Positions 49,234 through 58,869 of a stretch of DNA of 64,000 bases are shown here, piece after piece (position 1 is the first letter of the stretch; the number at the start of each line of letters is the position of its first letter). The stretch covers positions 22,404 through 86,403 of IMG/VR virus record IMGVR_UViG_3300027839_000001; one strand, given 5' to 3'. The notes beneath the pieces are model-generated. The model was not told where the DNA came from and did not search any database. It saw only the letters and a list, made by a program, of their open reading frames with translations. The stretch is from a virus. Made by a program: the position numbers and the translations under genes.

Positions 49234-51096
49234 TTAGACGATGTCTTCTTCACCGCCATCTACATCTTCGTACTCGCCTTCGGCGTCGTCGAATACGCTG
49301 TCAATATCTGCATCGGAAATCTCACCATCATCCGGTACGTCGGATGTATCATCGTCGAACGGTGTGGACTCATCCTCATCCTCATCCTCATCCTCGTCTT
49401 CGTCTTCCTCCTCTAGCTGTGGGATCTCGTACTCAGGCTTCAGTGCAAGCAGTGCTTGGTACTGCTCTTTCTCAAGCAACTCCTCGACTGTGTTCTCAAG
49501 AGCCTTGAAGTACGCCTCAAGGTTCTCCACGTAATCATTGTAAACATCTTCGACTGCCGCTGTCTTGTCATCAAGTCCAACAGCATCGTAGCACGTCAGT
49601 GCAGCGAACAGATGTGCTGCCTGGGTTACAAGCTCACGATCCTTCGGCGGCTCCAACGCGATGTTGTTAGACGCCTTGACGTAGGCATCAGCAATCTTCT
49701 CGATGTTGCTTGCCTCCTTCATGCTGTATTTCTCTTTGACTGGGGCATTGATAGCCTTCGTCTTCTTCTCACTTGTCGGTGCTGCCTTCTCAGCACTGTC
49801 TCCAGTGTCAGCGTCGGACTCACCTGCTGCTGGCACGATGTCATCATCATCACCTACATCGTGCCCTCCAATGGCTGCGTTGATCATCTCGTCTTCAGTA
49901 GCCTGCTGCTGGTCGGCGAGCGAGTCAACGTCATGCTCATTGGTGTCAGCATCAGTATTTACAGTGGAAACTGCTGGAGTAGCAGCAGGGGCATCAGCAG
50001 CAGTTACCTCAGCCGCTTCCTTCTTCTCCTCTGCCGTAGCCTTATCCCCCTTCTTGTCAATGTTCGAGAGGACTTTCGACGAGCGAAGCATCCCCATGAA
50101 CTGAGTATAATCCACAGGAGAACTGGTATCGTCAGGCTTTCCATCTTCACCTACTTTCGATAGGACCTTGAGTAACTTGGCAGTCTGCTGCCATGACAGT
50201 GGTGACGACTTATGCATCACTGACCCCGAGTACTCACGAAGGTGAGAGAACGGAATAGAAAGCTTGTCAGTGACAGGCATCTTGATTCTCTGTAGTAAAG
50301 ACTCAACGGCAGTCTCAAGTACAGCGAGTTCAGTAGCGTCAGTGACGTTGATCTTGAATAGATCTCGAAGGAACTGCGGTAGTGCATGCACCTTCTTTAG
50401 CTGCGACACAGCACCAGCAGATCGTGATCGAACAACAGTAGCGATGTCCTTCCCAGGGATTCCTTCCTCGACCATGATAGCAACATGCGTGCATCGGTCG
50501 AACAGTGAAACGTCTTCTCGAATGTCATTCTCTGCCATGCTTGCAAGCATAGCTTCGGTCTGATTCTCAATGACCTGCATCTTAACAAGCAGTGGGTATG
50601 CCTTCAGTGCGTTGTCATATTTCTCTCGCCACTCAGGTGATGCATCACGAACTTTCATTCGTTCGATGTGATTAGCGAATCCACCACCAGCGAGTTGAAT
50701 CTCTCCATCAGTTCCCTTTAGGTCATTCTCTTTGTTGTACGCCATCATAACCTTGCGTACTGCATTGCGAATGGCACTCTCTGTTCGACAGTACCCAGAG
50801 TACAGTGCTGCCTTGCCGGTGTCTCCCGCTACGAGCAGGGAGGCACAGACATTCTGCTGCTGCTGACCTGACTTGTTGTCACCGAACTGTGACTGCAAGT
50901 TCATGATGTGTTCTTCAGTTACCGACGTTCGGTAGTTCTTCCAGTGATCGTTCACTATGTCGTACAGGCTCAGTGTTACCATTCCGTCTGACGGGATGAT
51001 TGTATCACCATCTGCTGCTAGGTAAGCCATGACTGCTTTGCTGGATGTGTCTGCCTTGGGTGCTACTTTTTTGGCGGGTGTTGTGGATTTAGCCAT
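49234..51096 (-). CDS. ParB/KorB-like protein (CTPase-type N-domain plus HTH) with acidic tail
   Basis: NYRTSVTEEHIMNL, YSGYCRTESA (GxxR), AENDIREDVSLFD (ENxxREDL), HTH-like GKDIATVVRSRSAGAVSQLKKVHALP; poly-D/E C-terminus. Confidence 0.75.
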   Translation of the reverse strand: MAKSTTPAKKVAPKADTSSKAVMAYLAADGDTIIPSDGMVTLSLYDIVNDHWKNYRTSVTEEHIMNLQSQFGDNKSGQQQQNVCASLLVAGDTGKAALYSGYCRTESAIRNAVRKVMMAYNKENDLKGTDGEIQLAGGGFANHIERMKVRDASPEWREKYDNALKAYPLLVKMQVIENQTEAMLASMAENDIREDVSLFDRCTHVAIMVEEGIPGKDIATVVRSRSAGAVSQLKKVHALPQFLRDLFKINVTDATELAVLETAVESLLQRIKMPVTDKLSIPFSHLREYSGSVMHKSSPLSWQQTAKLLKVLSKVGEDGKPDDTSSPVDYTQFMGMLRSSKVLSNIDKKGDKATAEEKKEAAEVTAADAPAATPAVSTVNTDADTNEHDVDSLADQQQATEDEMINAAIGGHDVGDDDDIVPAAGESDADTGDSAEKAAPTSEKKTKAINAPVKEKYSMKEASNIEKIADAYVKASNNIALEPPKDRELVTQAAHLFAALTCYDAVGLDDKTAAVEDVYNDYVENLEAYFKALENTVEELLEKEQYQALLALKPEYEIPQLEEEDEDEDEDEDEDESTPFDDDTSDVPDDGEISDADIDSVFDDAEGEYEDVDGGEEDIV

Positions 51097-51270
51097 TCTG
51101 AAAGGCTCCTTGTTAATGATGTAAGTATGTCTTCACTTTTACAATTAGTCGATCTCTCTGAATGAAATAGGTAGAAGGACATGAACACGTCCCACATTGC
51201 TACAAAAACTAAGGCACCTATCCATACATACCAAGGTATAGAGTTGTATGCTATCAGTATCACACTCGCT

Positions 51271-51768
51271 CTACTCCCATGCTTTCTTTACAGTGGAAAC
51301 TGCACTCAGTTTATCCACAAAGCTTACGTTACCTCTGTCTTGTTCAGCCTGCACTTCGGACATGACAGTCACGCAGTGCTTCTCTATCAGTGCCGCTTCT
51401 TCCAGGCCCACTTTGAGGGACTCTGATATATCTTTTGCTTCCACCTCATACACTGGCACGTACTGCCTGACGATTGACGCAAGCTGTAGGTGCTTGCTAC
51501 GTACTATGACATGTGCCTTCGCAGCCGCTCGGGCTATAATCTTTTCAACACCGTTGGCATGGAATGCATGCATGTGCTTAGTGAACCCTTCAAGGGACAC
51601 TACCATTAACAACGTGCTGTCCTTAATCTTTATCGAGTGACTGTACTTGTCATACTCGACCTTCAACTTTACCAGATGCGGTATCTCTGGCTCTTTGTTT
51701 TTATCTTTTTCTGGTTCGCTTGGACTTGGATTCGGCCCTTGCCCTGGAGGTTTTTTGCCATCTGTCAT
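51271..51768 (-). CDS. hypothetical protein
   Basis: 165-aa ORF. Confidence 0.6.
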   Translation of the reverse strand: MTDGKKPPGQGPNPSPSEPEKDKNKEPEIPHLVKLKVEYDKYSHSIKIKDSTLLMVVSLEGFTKHMHAFHANGVEKIIARAAAKAHVIVRSKHLQLASIVRQYVPVYEVEAKDISESLKVGLEEAALIEKHCVTVMSEVQAEQDRGNVSFVDKLSAVSTVKKAWE

Positions 51769-52078
51769 AGATTGCCTTGCTCTCTTTCAAGTGAAGGATG
51801 ATTCGGATGACGTGTTCTTCTACGTACTGGAGTGATCTCTTTGACTGGGTCGCTAGGATGCCAAGTATGATCTGGTATCCTACGTCCTCGTTCTCTACAC
51901 ATCCATTGTGCTTGTCCCTCATGTGCTTGTACTTAGTTCGCAGGTCCTTCATTGCAGTACGCATGTTCGGATATGAGACTGGTACTCCCCAGTCTTTCAT
52001 GACTACTGTTCGAGTGATTGACCCGCCTTCATCACATGATTGTACCATAGTGTCGTATGCAATGCAATACCTAGTCAT
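51701..52078 (-). CDS. hypothetical protein
   Basis: 125-aa ORF tiling the minus-strand array. Confidence 0.5.
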   Translation of the reverse strand: MTRYCIAYDTMVQSCDEGGSITRTVVMKDWGVPVSYPNMRTAMKDLRTKYKHMRDKHNGCVENEDVGYQIILGILATQSKRSLQYVEEHVIRIILHLKESKAIYDRWQKTSRARAESKSKRTRKR

Positions 52079-52080
52079 GA

Positions 52081-52653
52081 TTATTTCTCTTTCTCTGCTT
52101 TCTTAAGTTCTTTCTCTCTTGCCTTCTCCGCAGCCTGCTCAATGTCCCAGTGTAGTTTCCACTGGAAATCGGAAGGGTACTTGTTGACCTCCAGTACGTT
52201 GAAGTCCTTCTCGTTTGCCTGGTCCCTCATGAGTGCTACTACATACGGACACTTCTTTGCTACCTTTGAACCACGGTACTTACCTTGCTTGGCAGGCATG
52301 AGTGATGTCATTGTGATGCACTTCTTTCCTCCGTACTTAGAAGCCATGGCAGCAAGCCTCCACCATTGACCGTACTGGCGAATGAGGGAGTTTCCTATGA
52401 CTGACTTGCCTTCTAGTCTGACGGTATCCGATACGTGGAACTCAGGCCACTCGGTATCATGCTCTGCTTCGGGGTCCGGCAGTACATCAGTCTCATCGGA
52501 TTCTGCCGAGTAATCTTTTTTCGCTTTCTCTATAGCTTCAATGAGAGTGGTGCCACATGTACCAACGTATGTGACGCCGTCCTTTTGCCATGCATAATGC
52601 TCAAGGCCAGCAAGGAATCCCTGCAACCACACTTCTGCCATTACCTTAGCCAT
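52081..52653 (-). CDS. hypothetical protein
   Basis: 190 aa; GAGGAGG upstream. Confidence 0.6.
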   Translation of the reverse strand: MAKVMAEVWLQGFLAGLEHYAWQKDGVTYVGTCGTTLIEAIEKAKKDYSAESDETDVLPDPEAEHDTEWPEFHVSDTVRLEGKSVIGNSLIRQYGQWWRLAAMASKYGGKKCITMTSLMPAKQGKYRGSKVAKKCPYVVALMRDQANEKDFNVLEVNKYPSDFQWKLHWDIEQAAEKAREKELKKAEKEK

Positions 52654-52907
52654 CAGTCATCCTCCTCGTCAGTGTACCAGCTATCACCATCCCTATCGTC
52701 AGTCCATTGTCCAATGTAATCTTGATCCCTCTCGTCGCCTGGTGCTGGCCGATTCAAGCATCCGTCGCAGATAGATGACGGGTTGTTGATTGGTAGCTTG
52801 GCACCACATGTACAGATCATGTTCAATTGTTGGCCCGTGTTGTCATCGAAGTCAGGGCAGCATCCTAGCTCGTGTCCACAGCAGGGGTAGTCTTCGCATC
52901 TACTCAT
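52653..52907 (-). CDS. small Cys-rich protein
   Basis: RCEDYPCCGH..CTC..ICDGC; AAGGAG RBS. Confidence 0.65.
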   Translation of the reverse strand: MSRCEDYPCCGHELGCCPDFDDNTGQQLNMICTCGAKLPINNPSSICDGCLNRPAPGDERDQDYIGQWTDDRDGDSWYTDEEDD

Positions 52908-52919
52908 TTGCTCTCTCCT

Positions 52920-53207
52920 TTACGTAGGTTGATTGGGGTTCTTAAAGTACACTGCCTCTGGGTCAAGGTAGTCCCATACTTTTCCAGTGGAAACTTCCTT
53001 GGCTGATATGATGCTGGCACTGTCAGATATGACATCGGTGCGAGCAAGGATCACCGCTTGTTCTAGGTCTGGTGATGGTTGGTTCATCTTGATTGATCGC
53101 TCGGCACCGTTACCGTTACAGCAATGCTCGTCACCATCCTTAGGTAGTGGGCCGAGGGTATAGTATATGACGTACTGGGAGCCGGTTATGGTACGTAGTT
53201 CTGCCAT
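52920..53207 (-). CDS. hypothetical protein
   Basis: 95-aa ORF. Confidence 0.55.
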   Translation of the reverse strand: MAELRTITGSQYVIYYTLGPLPKDGDEHCCNGNGAERSIKMNQPSPDLEQAVILARTDVISDSASIISAKEVSTGKVWDYLDPEAVYFKNPNQPT

Positions 53208-53270
53208 TGGTTACCTGTAGGTAGGGTGTTAGGTATACTGTAGAGCGTGGGGATACGATAGATTATAGAA

Positions 53271-53345
53271 GGATAGGGGGTGGTGTGAGGACAAGTCACT
53301 CACCCCCTATCCAATGAGAGAAGGATATCAAGTGCCCTCTCTCAT
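53271..53345. other. two adjacent intergenic hairpins
   Basis: GGATAGGGGGTG/CACCCCCTATCC (12 bp) and ATGAGAGA/TCTCTCAT (8 bp). Confidence 0.6.
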
Positions 53346-53401
53346 CCGTCGCAGCAAGTATATCGGCGTGTTAGTTACATTGGTTGAGCTAGGAACTTAC
53401 A

Positions 53402-53989
53402 CTATACTTGCTGCTCTGGTTCAGTAGGTTCTTCTTCTGCAATCTTCTTCACTGCGTGTGCAGTAGCATCGTCAAGCCTAGTATGCCCTGACTCAATTGG
53501 CTTGAGGTATGTCAGTTCGTATGACTTGCCAAGCAGGCCAGCTTTCTTGCATGCATCGGCAACTTTGAGTACCTCGTTGTAATCGTTGCACTCAACAAGT
53601 TCGCAGGCATCGAGCAGTTCTTTCTTGATCCACCCTCCCACTGTCATGTCACTGCTGGAACTTGACCCGCGTGTCACCTCACGGTAGTCCGAGTACGAAG
53701 CAAGGATGTCATCAAGACACTGGAACTTGACCCTCGATGATGACAGTGCAATGGTGATGATGTTCTCCATGCCTGCACTGATTGCTTGGAATCCATGGTA
53801 CATTAGCGTTACCTCTTTGTGATAGTTGGTACTAGTGTAGCCCGCACCAGGGGCACGCAGCTTTGTTGGTGACGGCAACATGCCATTGATGTGCTTGTTC
53901 TTACCGCCTCGCTTGCCTTGGTTCTTTCCACTGGAAATCTTCTTGGCTTGCTTGGCAGCGTACTCTTCAGGTGTATTAACTTTAGTCAT
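53402..53989 (-). CDS. hypothetical protein
   Basis: AAGGA RBS before ATG 53989. Confidence 0.6.
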   Translation of the reverse strand: MTKVNTPEEYAAKQAKKISSGKNQGKRGGKNKHINGMLPSPTKLRAPGAGYTSTNYHKEVTLMYHGFQAISAGMENIITIALSSSRVKFQCLDDILASYSDYREVTRGSSSSSDMTVGGWIKKELLDACELVECNDYNEVLKVADACKKAGLLGKSYELTYLKPIESGHTRLDDATAHAVKKIAEEEPTEPEQQV

Positions 53990-54191
53990 TGGTGTTGTCC
54001 TTTGTACTTTCAATGCATGCATTGTCTACGTCGAAGTGAGTGGCGTCTGTCAGGTCGTATTCAAACGCCCTGCTGTGAACTCTGTTCTCTGCAAAGGTCT
54101 TCGCTTGTTCTTCGTTGTCTGCCTCGACGCCCTTCACCAAGAACTCTATCTTGCATTCGAGTGCGACTTCGTATGTATTCTTAAAGCTCAA
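53982..54191 (-). CDS. hypothetical protein
   Basis: 69 aa; VEADNEEQAK motif common in small phage early proteins. Confidence 0.55.
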   Translation of the reverse strand: MSFKNTYEVALECKIEFLVKGVEADNEEQAKTFAENRVHSRAFEYDLTDATHFDVDNACIESTKDNTND

Positions 54192-54969
54192 CTGGCACCT
54201 CGCAATCTACCCATGTGCTACCACGCTGGACTTGATACTTGTAGCACTCACCTGTTACGTAATGGCTACCGTCTTGCAGTAGTGAGTTGGATTCAATGAG
54301 GGGATTACGCTTGACGTATAGTGCCAAGGCCAAGGTGTCGGTCCCTTGCCATAGGTTCTCGGTGAACACCTCTTCACCATTGCCATCACCGTCAGACTTG
54401 CGGTCGAATCGACACAGCCTGTACGTATCAGTACGTGCAATCAATTCGTCGGTGTCTTGAGCGTCACGCTGTAAGCACCAGACATGAGCAAAGGAACCCT
54501 TCTCACGCTGTGCCCTGTAGAATAGGATGCGTGTACCACGGACGATCTCGTCGGCTCTCTCGTTGGCTGTCTCAATGCCATCCCCATCTAGGATAACATC
54601 AAGCCCACGTTGAATGACACCACGGTAAGCAGTGGCATGGAAGTACACGTCGCCGTCCGATGTCTCCATGAAGCCGAATCCCTTGTGAGGATTGTATCGC
54701 GTGACTTGCCCTGCCTCAAGGCTACTGACGTAGTACAGTGTACTCTTTTTGTGGGTCATCTTTCGTGCAATCTTTCCAGTCGGTAGCTTGAGCTTAGCCG
54801 ACCGCTTGAGGTATCTCTTGGTATCATCTTCTACCGTATAGGTTGTATCGGTGATGGGATTTGGTTTGGCTAACTCTTGTAGAATCTCTTCGGTCAGTGA
54901 GGTGATGTCATTGGCTTGTGATGTCGTCGCTGTCACTACTGGCATTGGGATGTTGAGTTTGTTGTTCAT
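54181..54969 (-). CDS. protein containing a cold-shock (OB-fold) domain
   Basis: GQVTRYNPHKGFGFMETSDGDVYFHATA (RNP1/RNP2-like). Confidence 0.75.
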   Translation of the reverse strand: MNNKLNIPMPVVTATTSQANDITSLTEEILQELAKPNPITDTTYTVEDDTKRYLKRSAKLKLPTGKIARKMTHKKSTLYYVSSLEAGQVTRYNPHKGFGFMETSDGDVYFHATAYRGVIQRGLDVILDGDGIETANERADEIVRGTRILFYRAQREKGSFAHVWCLQRDAQDTDELIARTDTYRLCRFDRKSDGDGNGEEVFTENLWQGTDTLALALYVKRNPLIESNSLLQDGSHYVTGECYKYQVQRGSTWVDCEVPVEL

Positions 54970-54997
54970 TTGCTTTATCCTTTATTTCCACTGTAAA

Positions 54998-55249
54998 TTA
55001 CATGAACTGTATCAAGGTGCCACGCTTCTTCATTTCAAAAGCACTGCGTACCTTGATGGTAAAGTCTTTCACGTCAGTCGTACTGACCGCGTTGATAAGC
55101 CTGCCAGCTTTCCTCATGCATTCCTTGATGGCACCACGACGTGATGGTGCCCGTAGCTCAGTTACTAGCGTGAGTTCTAAGCCAGCAGGCAGCAGGGATT
55201 TCTTTGTCACCCTGTCTATTGGTGTGAACTTAATGGTGTACCTTACCAT
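54998..55249 (-). CDS. hypothetical basic protein
   Basis: 83 aa; stop codon abuts the palindrome. Confidence 0.55.
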   Translation of the reverse strand: MVRYTIKFTPIDRVTKKSLLPAGLELTLVTELRAPSRRGAIKECMRKAGRLINAVSTTDVKDFTIKVRSAFEMKKRGTLIQFM

Positions 55250-55650
55250 TAATACGGACTCGAATTACTTACAGCCCTGACCTCGTCATCAGTGAGCATG
55301 CTGCCCCACTTGTCAAGGAACTTCTGGATATGCTCAGCCCATGGTGTCTTGCCAAGGCATGTGTGATGAGTGGTGCCATCTTCAGTGTCGGTGTACAAGA
55401 TGATGAATGATTGGTACACCCCTAGCTTCGGCTTGTTCCAGCGACAGTCGCCATACTCAGGTGATATGTCATCGGGTAACCAAGGGAACGATGTCTGCAT
55501 CACCATGCGAACGGTGCCGTTCTTATGGCGTTCGATCCAGAATCTCTTGTAGCATCTCTTCACTCTGCCGTAAGGCCAACCCTTTACGACATGTGCATTC
55601 TCTTGTCCGCCTTCACATAGGTGGCGGGTTAGTGTGGTCGTGTCACTCAT
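55249..55650 (-). CDS. hypothetical protein
   Basis: GGAGGT RBS before ATG 55650. Confidence 0.6.
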   Translation of the reverse strand: MSDTTTLTRHLCEGGQENAHVVKGWPYGRVKRCYKRFWIERHKNGTVRMVMQTSFPWLPDDISPEYGDCRWNKPKLGVYQSFIILYTDTEDGTTHHTCLGKTPWAEHIQKFLDKWGSMLTDDEVRAVSNSSPY

Positions 55651-55958
55651 AGTGGTGTTACCTCCCATTCAACTTCAAGTCCGTCTCGTAATCTCTCACA
55701 TGCATCGTATGCTTCGCTGACCCTCACTCCACCGATACCTACTTGGCATCGTGCAAGTGATGATAGCTTATCAATGAACAGTACAGTGGCGGGATGCTGA
55801 CGGGCAGTGTCCCAGTCATGCGTGTCATTGATTACTGCAAGGCGGCGTGACAATTCATTGGTTACTGCCAGTGTGTTGCATGCATCTTGTACTGACAGTG
55901 CGATCTCTGCGTATCGCCTGTCATCTGGTGTGTCAAGTTTCATTTGCATTGTCCTCAT
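55647..55958 (-). CDS. hypothetical protein
   Basis: 103 aa with ATGA overlaps. Confidence 0.6.
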   Translation of the reverse strand: MRTMQMKLDTPDDRRYAEIALSVQDACNTLAVTNELSRRLAVINDTHDWDTARQHPATVLFIDKLSSLARCQVGIGGVRVSEAYDACERLRDGLEVEWEVTPL

Positions 55959-56134
55959 TCAGGGTTGTCCGTGAAAAATTCAATGTATACTGCATCTCTC
56001 TTCGCTGCTTCGTCGTCTTCAAGGTACATATTCAGCACTGTATCGACAGCAAATTGCAATAGAATTTTAAGGTCCCAGCTATCGACCACAAGATCGGCTA
56101 GCTTTTCCTTCTGCTCGGGTGTTAGGTCATTCAT
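55955..56134 (-). CDS. hypothetical protein (59 aa, below ORF-track cutoff)
   Basis: AAGGAG RBS; MNDLTPEQKEKLADLVVDSWD...PE*. Confidence 0.65.
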   Translation of the reverse strand: MNDLTPEQKEKLADLVVDSWDLKILLQFAVDTVLNMYLEDDEAAKRDAVYIEFFTDNPE

Positions 56135-56145
56135 TTGTATTCTCC

Positions 56146-56250
56146 TTAAGGTTTATAGTTAGGCGGCGAATTGAATAGCACTGCTACTCCCATGATGAAG
56201 CATCCGATAGCCGCTAGTGTGAACAGGTTGAGTGTTAGTACGATTTCCAC
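56146..56250 (-). CDS. 34-aa membrane peptide starting inside the palindrome
   Basis: AAGGAAG-TTTACA-GTG; MEIVLTLNLFTLAAIGCFIMGVAVLFNSPPNYKP*. Confidence 0.5.
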   Translation of the reverse strand: MEIVLTLNLFTLAAIGCFIMGVAVLFNSPPNYKP

Positions 56251-56287
56251 TGTAAACTTCCTTGTTGATGTGGGAATAGTGATAGAC

Positions 56288-57463
56288 CTAGAACCATGAT
56301 GCGAGCATGCCATTGGGTAGCGTGCCTTCGTTGAGTCCCTTGATTAACTCAGTGGCTGCGGGATAGCTAGACATGCTACCCTTGTGGTACTTACGCTGAG
56401 TGAATGACCTGAATGGTATGGCTGCGGTCATGTCCCACATGCCAGCCCTGCTGTTCTTTCGTTCATTGAACCGTGCCATGTGATCGTACCATTCACAGTA
56501 GCATGGCTCGCCATTGAGGTAGCAGCACAGTGCGCTGGCTACGGCGGAGGGGGAGAAATACCCAAGGGATTCACAGATCATGTGAGCTAAGAGCCGAGGG
56601 TACTTGAGTGCCACCATCTCCCGTGTCCATCTGTTGTACTGAGGCACGACGAATGAACGATGCCTGTTGCGTAGATCCCTGGCCGATACGACATGACTAC
56701 CATAGCCCATGTCGTATGAGTTGGCGGGTTCGAGTACGGCAACATCAACATCGGGATCATCATTGATGTAGAGGACAGCGAAGGAACCATAGAACGTAAG
56801 GCCCTTGGGTGTCTCGCCACTCCATGATACCAAGTGATTGGTAGTTCGTGCTGCATTGCGAGCGTGCCGAATCTCTCCAGTACCCTTGGGTCCATCACCT
56901 GAATCACTGCATTGAGAGCAGTAGCTGGTGTCATCGTGGGCGGTGAGTCCGTTACGCCATACTTCATCAGTCTGCTTGGCAGTAAGGCGGGTAGCATCTT
57001 TCTTCTCACCGAACGTGCCCTTGTCCTCGTGAGTGTTGTCGTTAATCTTGAGCCACTGTTCTTTATAGGGCTTGCTGTGGTCATGCCAGATATACATACG
57101 CTCAGTGTCAGTGTTCTTTCCATGGTCTGCAAAGCCACTGCCTTCACACCGAGGGCATACATGAGGGGTGAACGCCGTGATGGGGTCTTTGTCTGTGTCT
57201 TCGACGATGCCAACGTCCTCGATGTTACATGTGACGTATGGCTTGTCCTCACCTGGCGTACCGTACTCAACCCACACCTCGACTATCGGTGTTGGCCTGC
57301 CTGCTACCCATGGCCTGTCCCATGGTTCATTAGGATTTCCAATGGAAACCCATGCGTTTCTACCTGCGATTCCATACCGTGTCATGAGGTACGTGCTTGG
57401 CATGATGGTGCGGTATAGCATGCCGGGTGTCATTGACGCTGTCGTGTTAACCTTGGTTCTCAT
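56288..57463 (-). CDS. hypothetical protein with CxxCxGxG zinc motifs
   Basis: CPRCEGSG and CSQCSDSG; AAGGA RBS before ATG 57463. Confidence 0.65.
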   Translation of the reverse strand: MRTKVNTTASMTPGMLYRTIMPSTYLMTRYGIAGRNAWVSIGNPNEPWDRPWVAGRPTPIVEVWVEYGTPGEDKPYVTCNIEDVGIVEDTDKDPITAFTPHVCPRCEGSGFADHGKNTDTERMYIWHDHSKPYKEQWLKINDNTHEDKGTFGEKKDATRLTAKQTDEVWRNGLTAHDDTSYCSQCSDSGDGPKGTGEIRHARNAARTTNHLVSWSGETPKGLTFYGSFAVLYINDDPDVDVAVLEPANSYDMGYGSHVVSARDLRNRHRSFVVPQYNRWTREMVALKYPRLLAHMICESLGYFSPSAVASALCCYLNGEPCYCEWYDHMARFNERKNSRAGMWDMTAAIPFRSFTQRKYHKGSMSSYPAATELIKGLNEGTLPNGMLASWF

Positions 57464-57713
57464 TTGCTTTGTCCTTACTCTTGGGGTTAGATGTCTCACT
57501 CATCTCTCGTAAACTAAACTTGATTGAACACAGTGGGCAGAAGTCCATTGCTCGTCTCTTGCAATTCTCGTAGCGTAACAGCTTCCAGCCCAATGATGTG
57601 AGCCATGAGCCTATAGCTTCGATCCTTGCTTCGTTGGTATCTACATTGTACCTCTCGAAGTCAAAGACTTGGCCGCACTTGCTGCATGTTACTCGGTCGA
57701 TGATCTGTCGCAT
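57447..57713 (-). CDS. small zinc-ribbon protein
   Basis: CSKCG..GW..DFCPLC. Confidence 0.6.
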   Translation of the reverse strand: MRQIIDRVTCSKCGQVFDFERYNVDTNEARIEAIGSWLTSLGWKLLRYENCKRRAMDFCPLCSIKFSLREMSETSNPKSKDKANENQG

Positions 57714-57717
57714 GATA

Positions 57718-57918
57718 CTACCTTTCTAGTTTCATGTCATTAGTTTCTGCTGCTGATACAGCACGTCGTATGTTGTGACCTACTGATAGCAACCAGTGGC
57801 CTGCTACGTATGATGCCTCCCACCCTGTAGCGGTTAGTCTCTCTACTGCGTTGGCTCCGAGGGAATCCTTTATCCTGTACGTAGTACCATTGTAAATGAG
57901 GGTTGTTGACGCTGACAT
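57718..57918 (-). CDS. hypothetical protein
   Basis: 66 aa; AAGGAAG RBS. Confidence 0.55.
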   Translation of the reverse strand: MSASTTLIYNGTTYRIKDSLGANAVERLTATGWEASYVAGHWLLSVGHNIRRAVSAAETNDMKLER

Positions 57919-57932
57919 TAGTAGCTTCCTTC

Positions 57933-58274
57933 CTAGTATTCGCTGGGTAAAAGAACGGTGGTTACATTACGGAACGGCTCACATTCCCTGCCGTTATCAT
58001 CAACGTCCTGCAATGCTTCAGTCAGTACATACACTGGCTGGATACCATCGCGTGTCTTGATGTCATACACTGACATGATACGGCTGCCATCCTTTAGTGC
58101 GGAACCATTCATTGCCTTGTCTGCAAAGCAGATGTTACCGTAGTCACCATGGAAGTGACGGTGAAGTAGTGAAGCAAGCTCGATGTTATTCTCGTACATC
58201 AGTTCATGTGCTGCCGGTGTTGCAACGAGGTGCTTGGATGAGAACAGTGGTACTATCTTAGTGATCTTAGTCAT
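57933..58274 (-). CDS. conserved mobile-element small protein (ATP.A..RH..GD.G..TTVLLPSEY family)
   Basis: LVATPAA..LHRHFHGDYG..N..AL..GSRIMSVY..TEA..TTVLLPSEY, a pattern I recognise from plasmid/ICE hypothetical proteins. Confidence 0.7.
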   Translation of the reverse strand: MTKITKIVPLFSSKHLVATPAAHELMYENNIELASLLHRHFHGDYGNICFADKAMNGSALKDGSRIMSVYDIKTRDGIQPVYVLTEALQDVDDNGRECEPFRNVTTVLLPSEY

Positions 58275-58471
58275 TTGCATTCTCCCTGGTTAAAGTGGTC
58301 CTCGTGGAATTCATCTGCCGTTGCGGCGTAGGTTCCTATGACTTCCTCGTCTTCTGTCATGACATCTACTATCAGTCCTTCGTGCGTCAATTGCATGACC
58401 ATTACCGCGCCAGCTTCTTCGCCGTCTTTGTTAACGATTGTTATGGAGTATCTTTCTTCCTTGGTAGTCAT
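58271..58471 (-). CDS. hypothetical acidic protein
   Basis: AAGGAG RBS. Confidence 0.6.
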   Translation of the reverse strand: MTTKEERYSITIVNKDGEEAGAVMVMQLTHEGLIVDVMTEDEEVIGTYAATADEFHEDHFNQGECK

Positions 58472-58519
58472 TTGCATTTCTCCTTGCGTGTTAGTTGGCG
58501 TTAGTTTACAGTGGAAATG

Positions 58520-58867
58520 TTAGTTACCCCCAACCAGTATGACTGATCCTTTCTCAATCAGGTCGTCGAGAATGTAGTGTGTTTCATATATCATGTACGC
58601 CCATCGTTCGTGGACTGCATCGCCATCACCTCGTGTGCCAAGCATTGGTGCGGAAGTGAGGTCGCCTGTCTCACTGGGGTCTATCCATTCGAGTTCACTG
58701 TTGGCTATGAGATCCTCGAACCAGTAGTATAACTGACTGTCCGACCCCCACTCCATTCCAGGCATTTCTTCTGCGTCCATTGACCGCACTGAAATCAGGT
58801 CAAGCTGTTCTTGCTTATCCACAGTGAGGGTGAGTATGTTACGCTGACTTGATATGGAATGGTTCAT
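58520..58867 (-). CDS. hypothetical protein
   Basis: Acidic ORF; start ATG 58867 preferred. Confidence 0.6.
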   Translation of the reverse strand: MNHSISSQRNILTLTVDKQEQLDLISVRSMDAEEMPGMEWGSDSQLYYWFEDLIANSELEWIDPSETGDLTSAPMLGTRGDGDAVHERWAYMIYETHYILDDLIEKGSVILVGGN

Positions 58868-58869
58868 GA

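Noticed and set aside
49370-49410. CTCATC microsatellite
   Set aside because: Explained by the poly-Glu/Asp tail of the ParB-like protein
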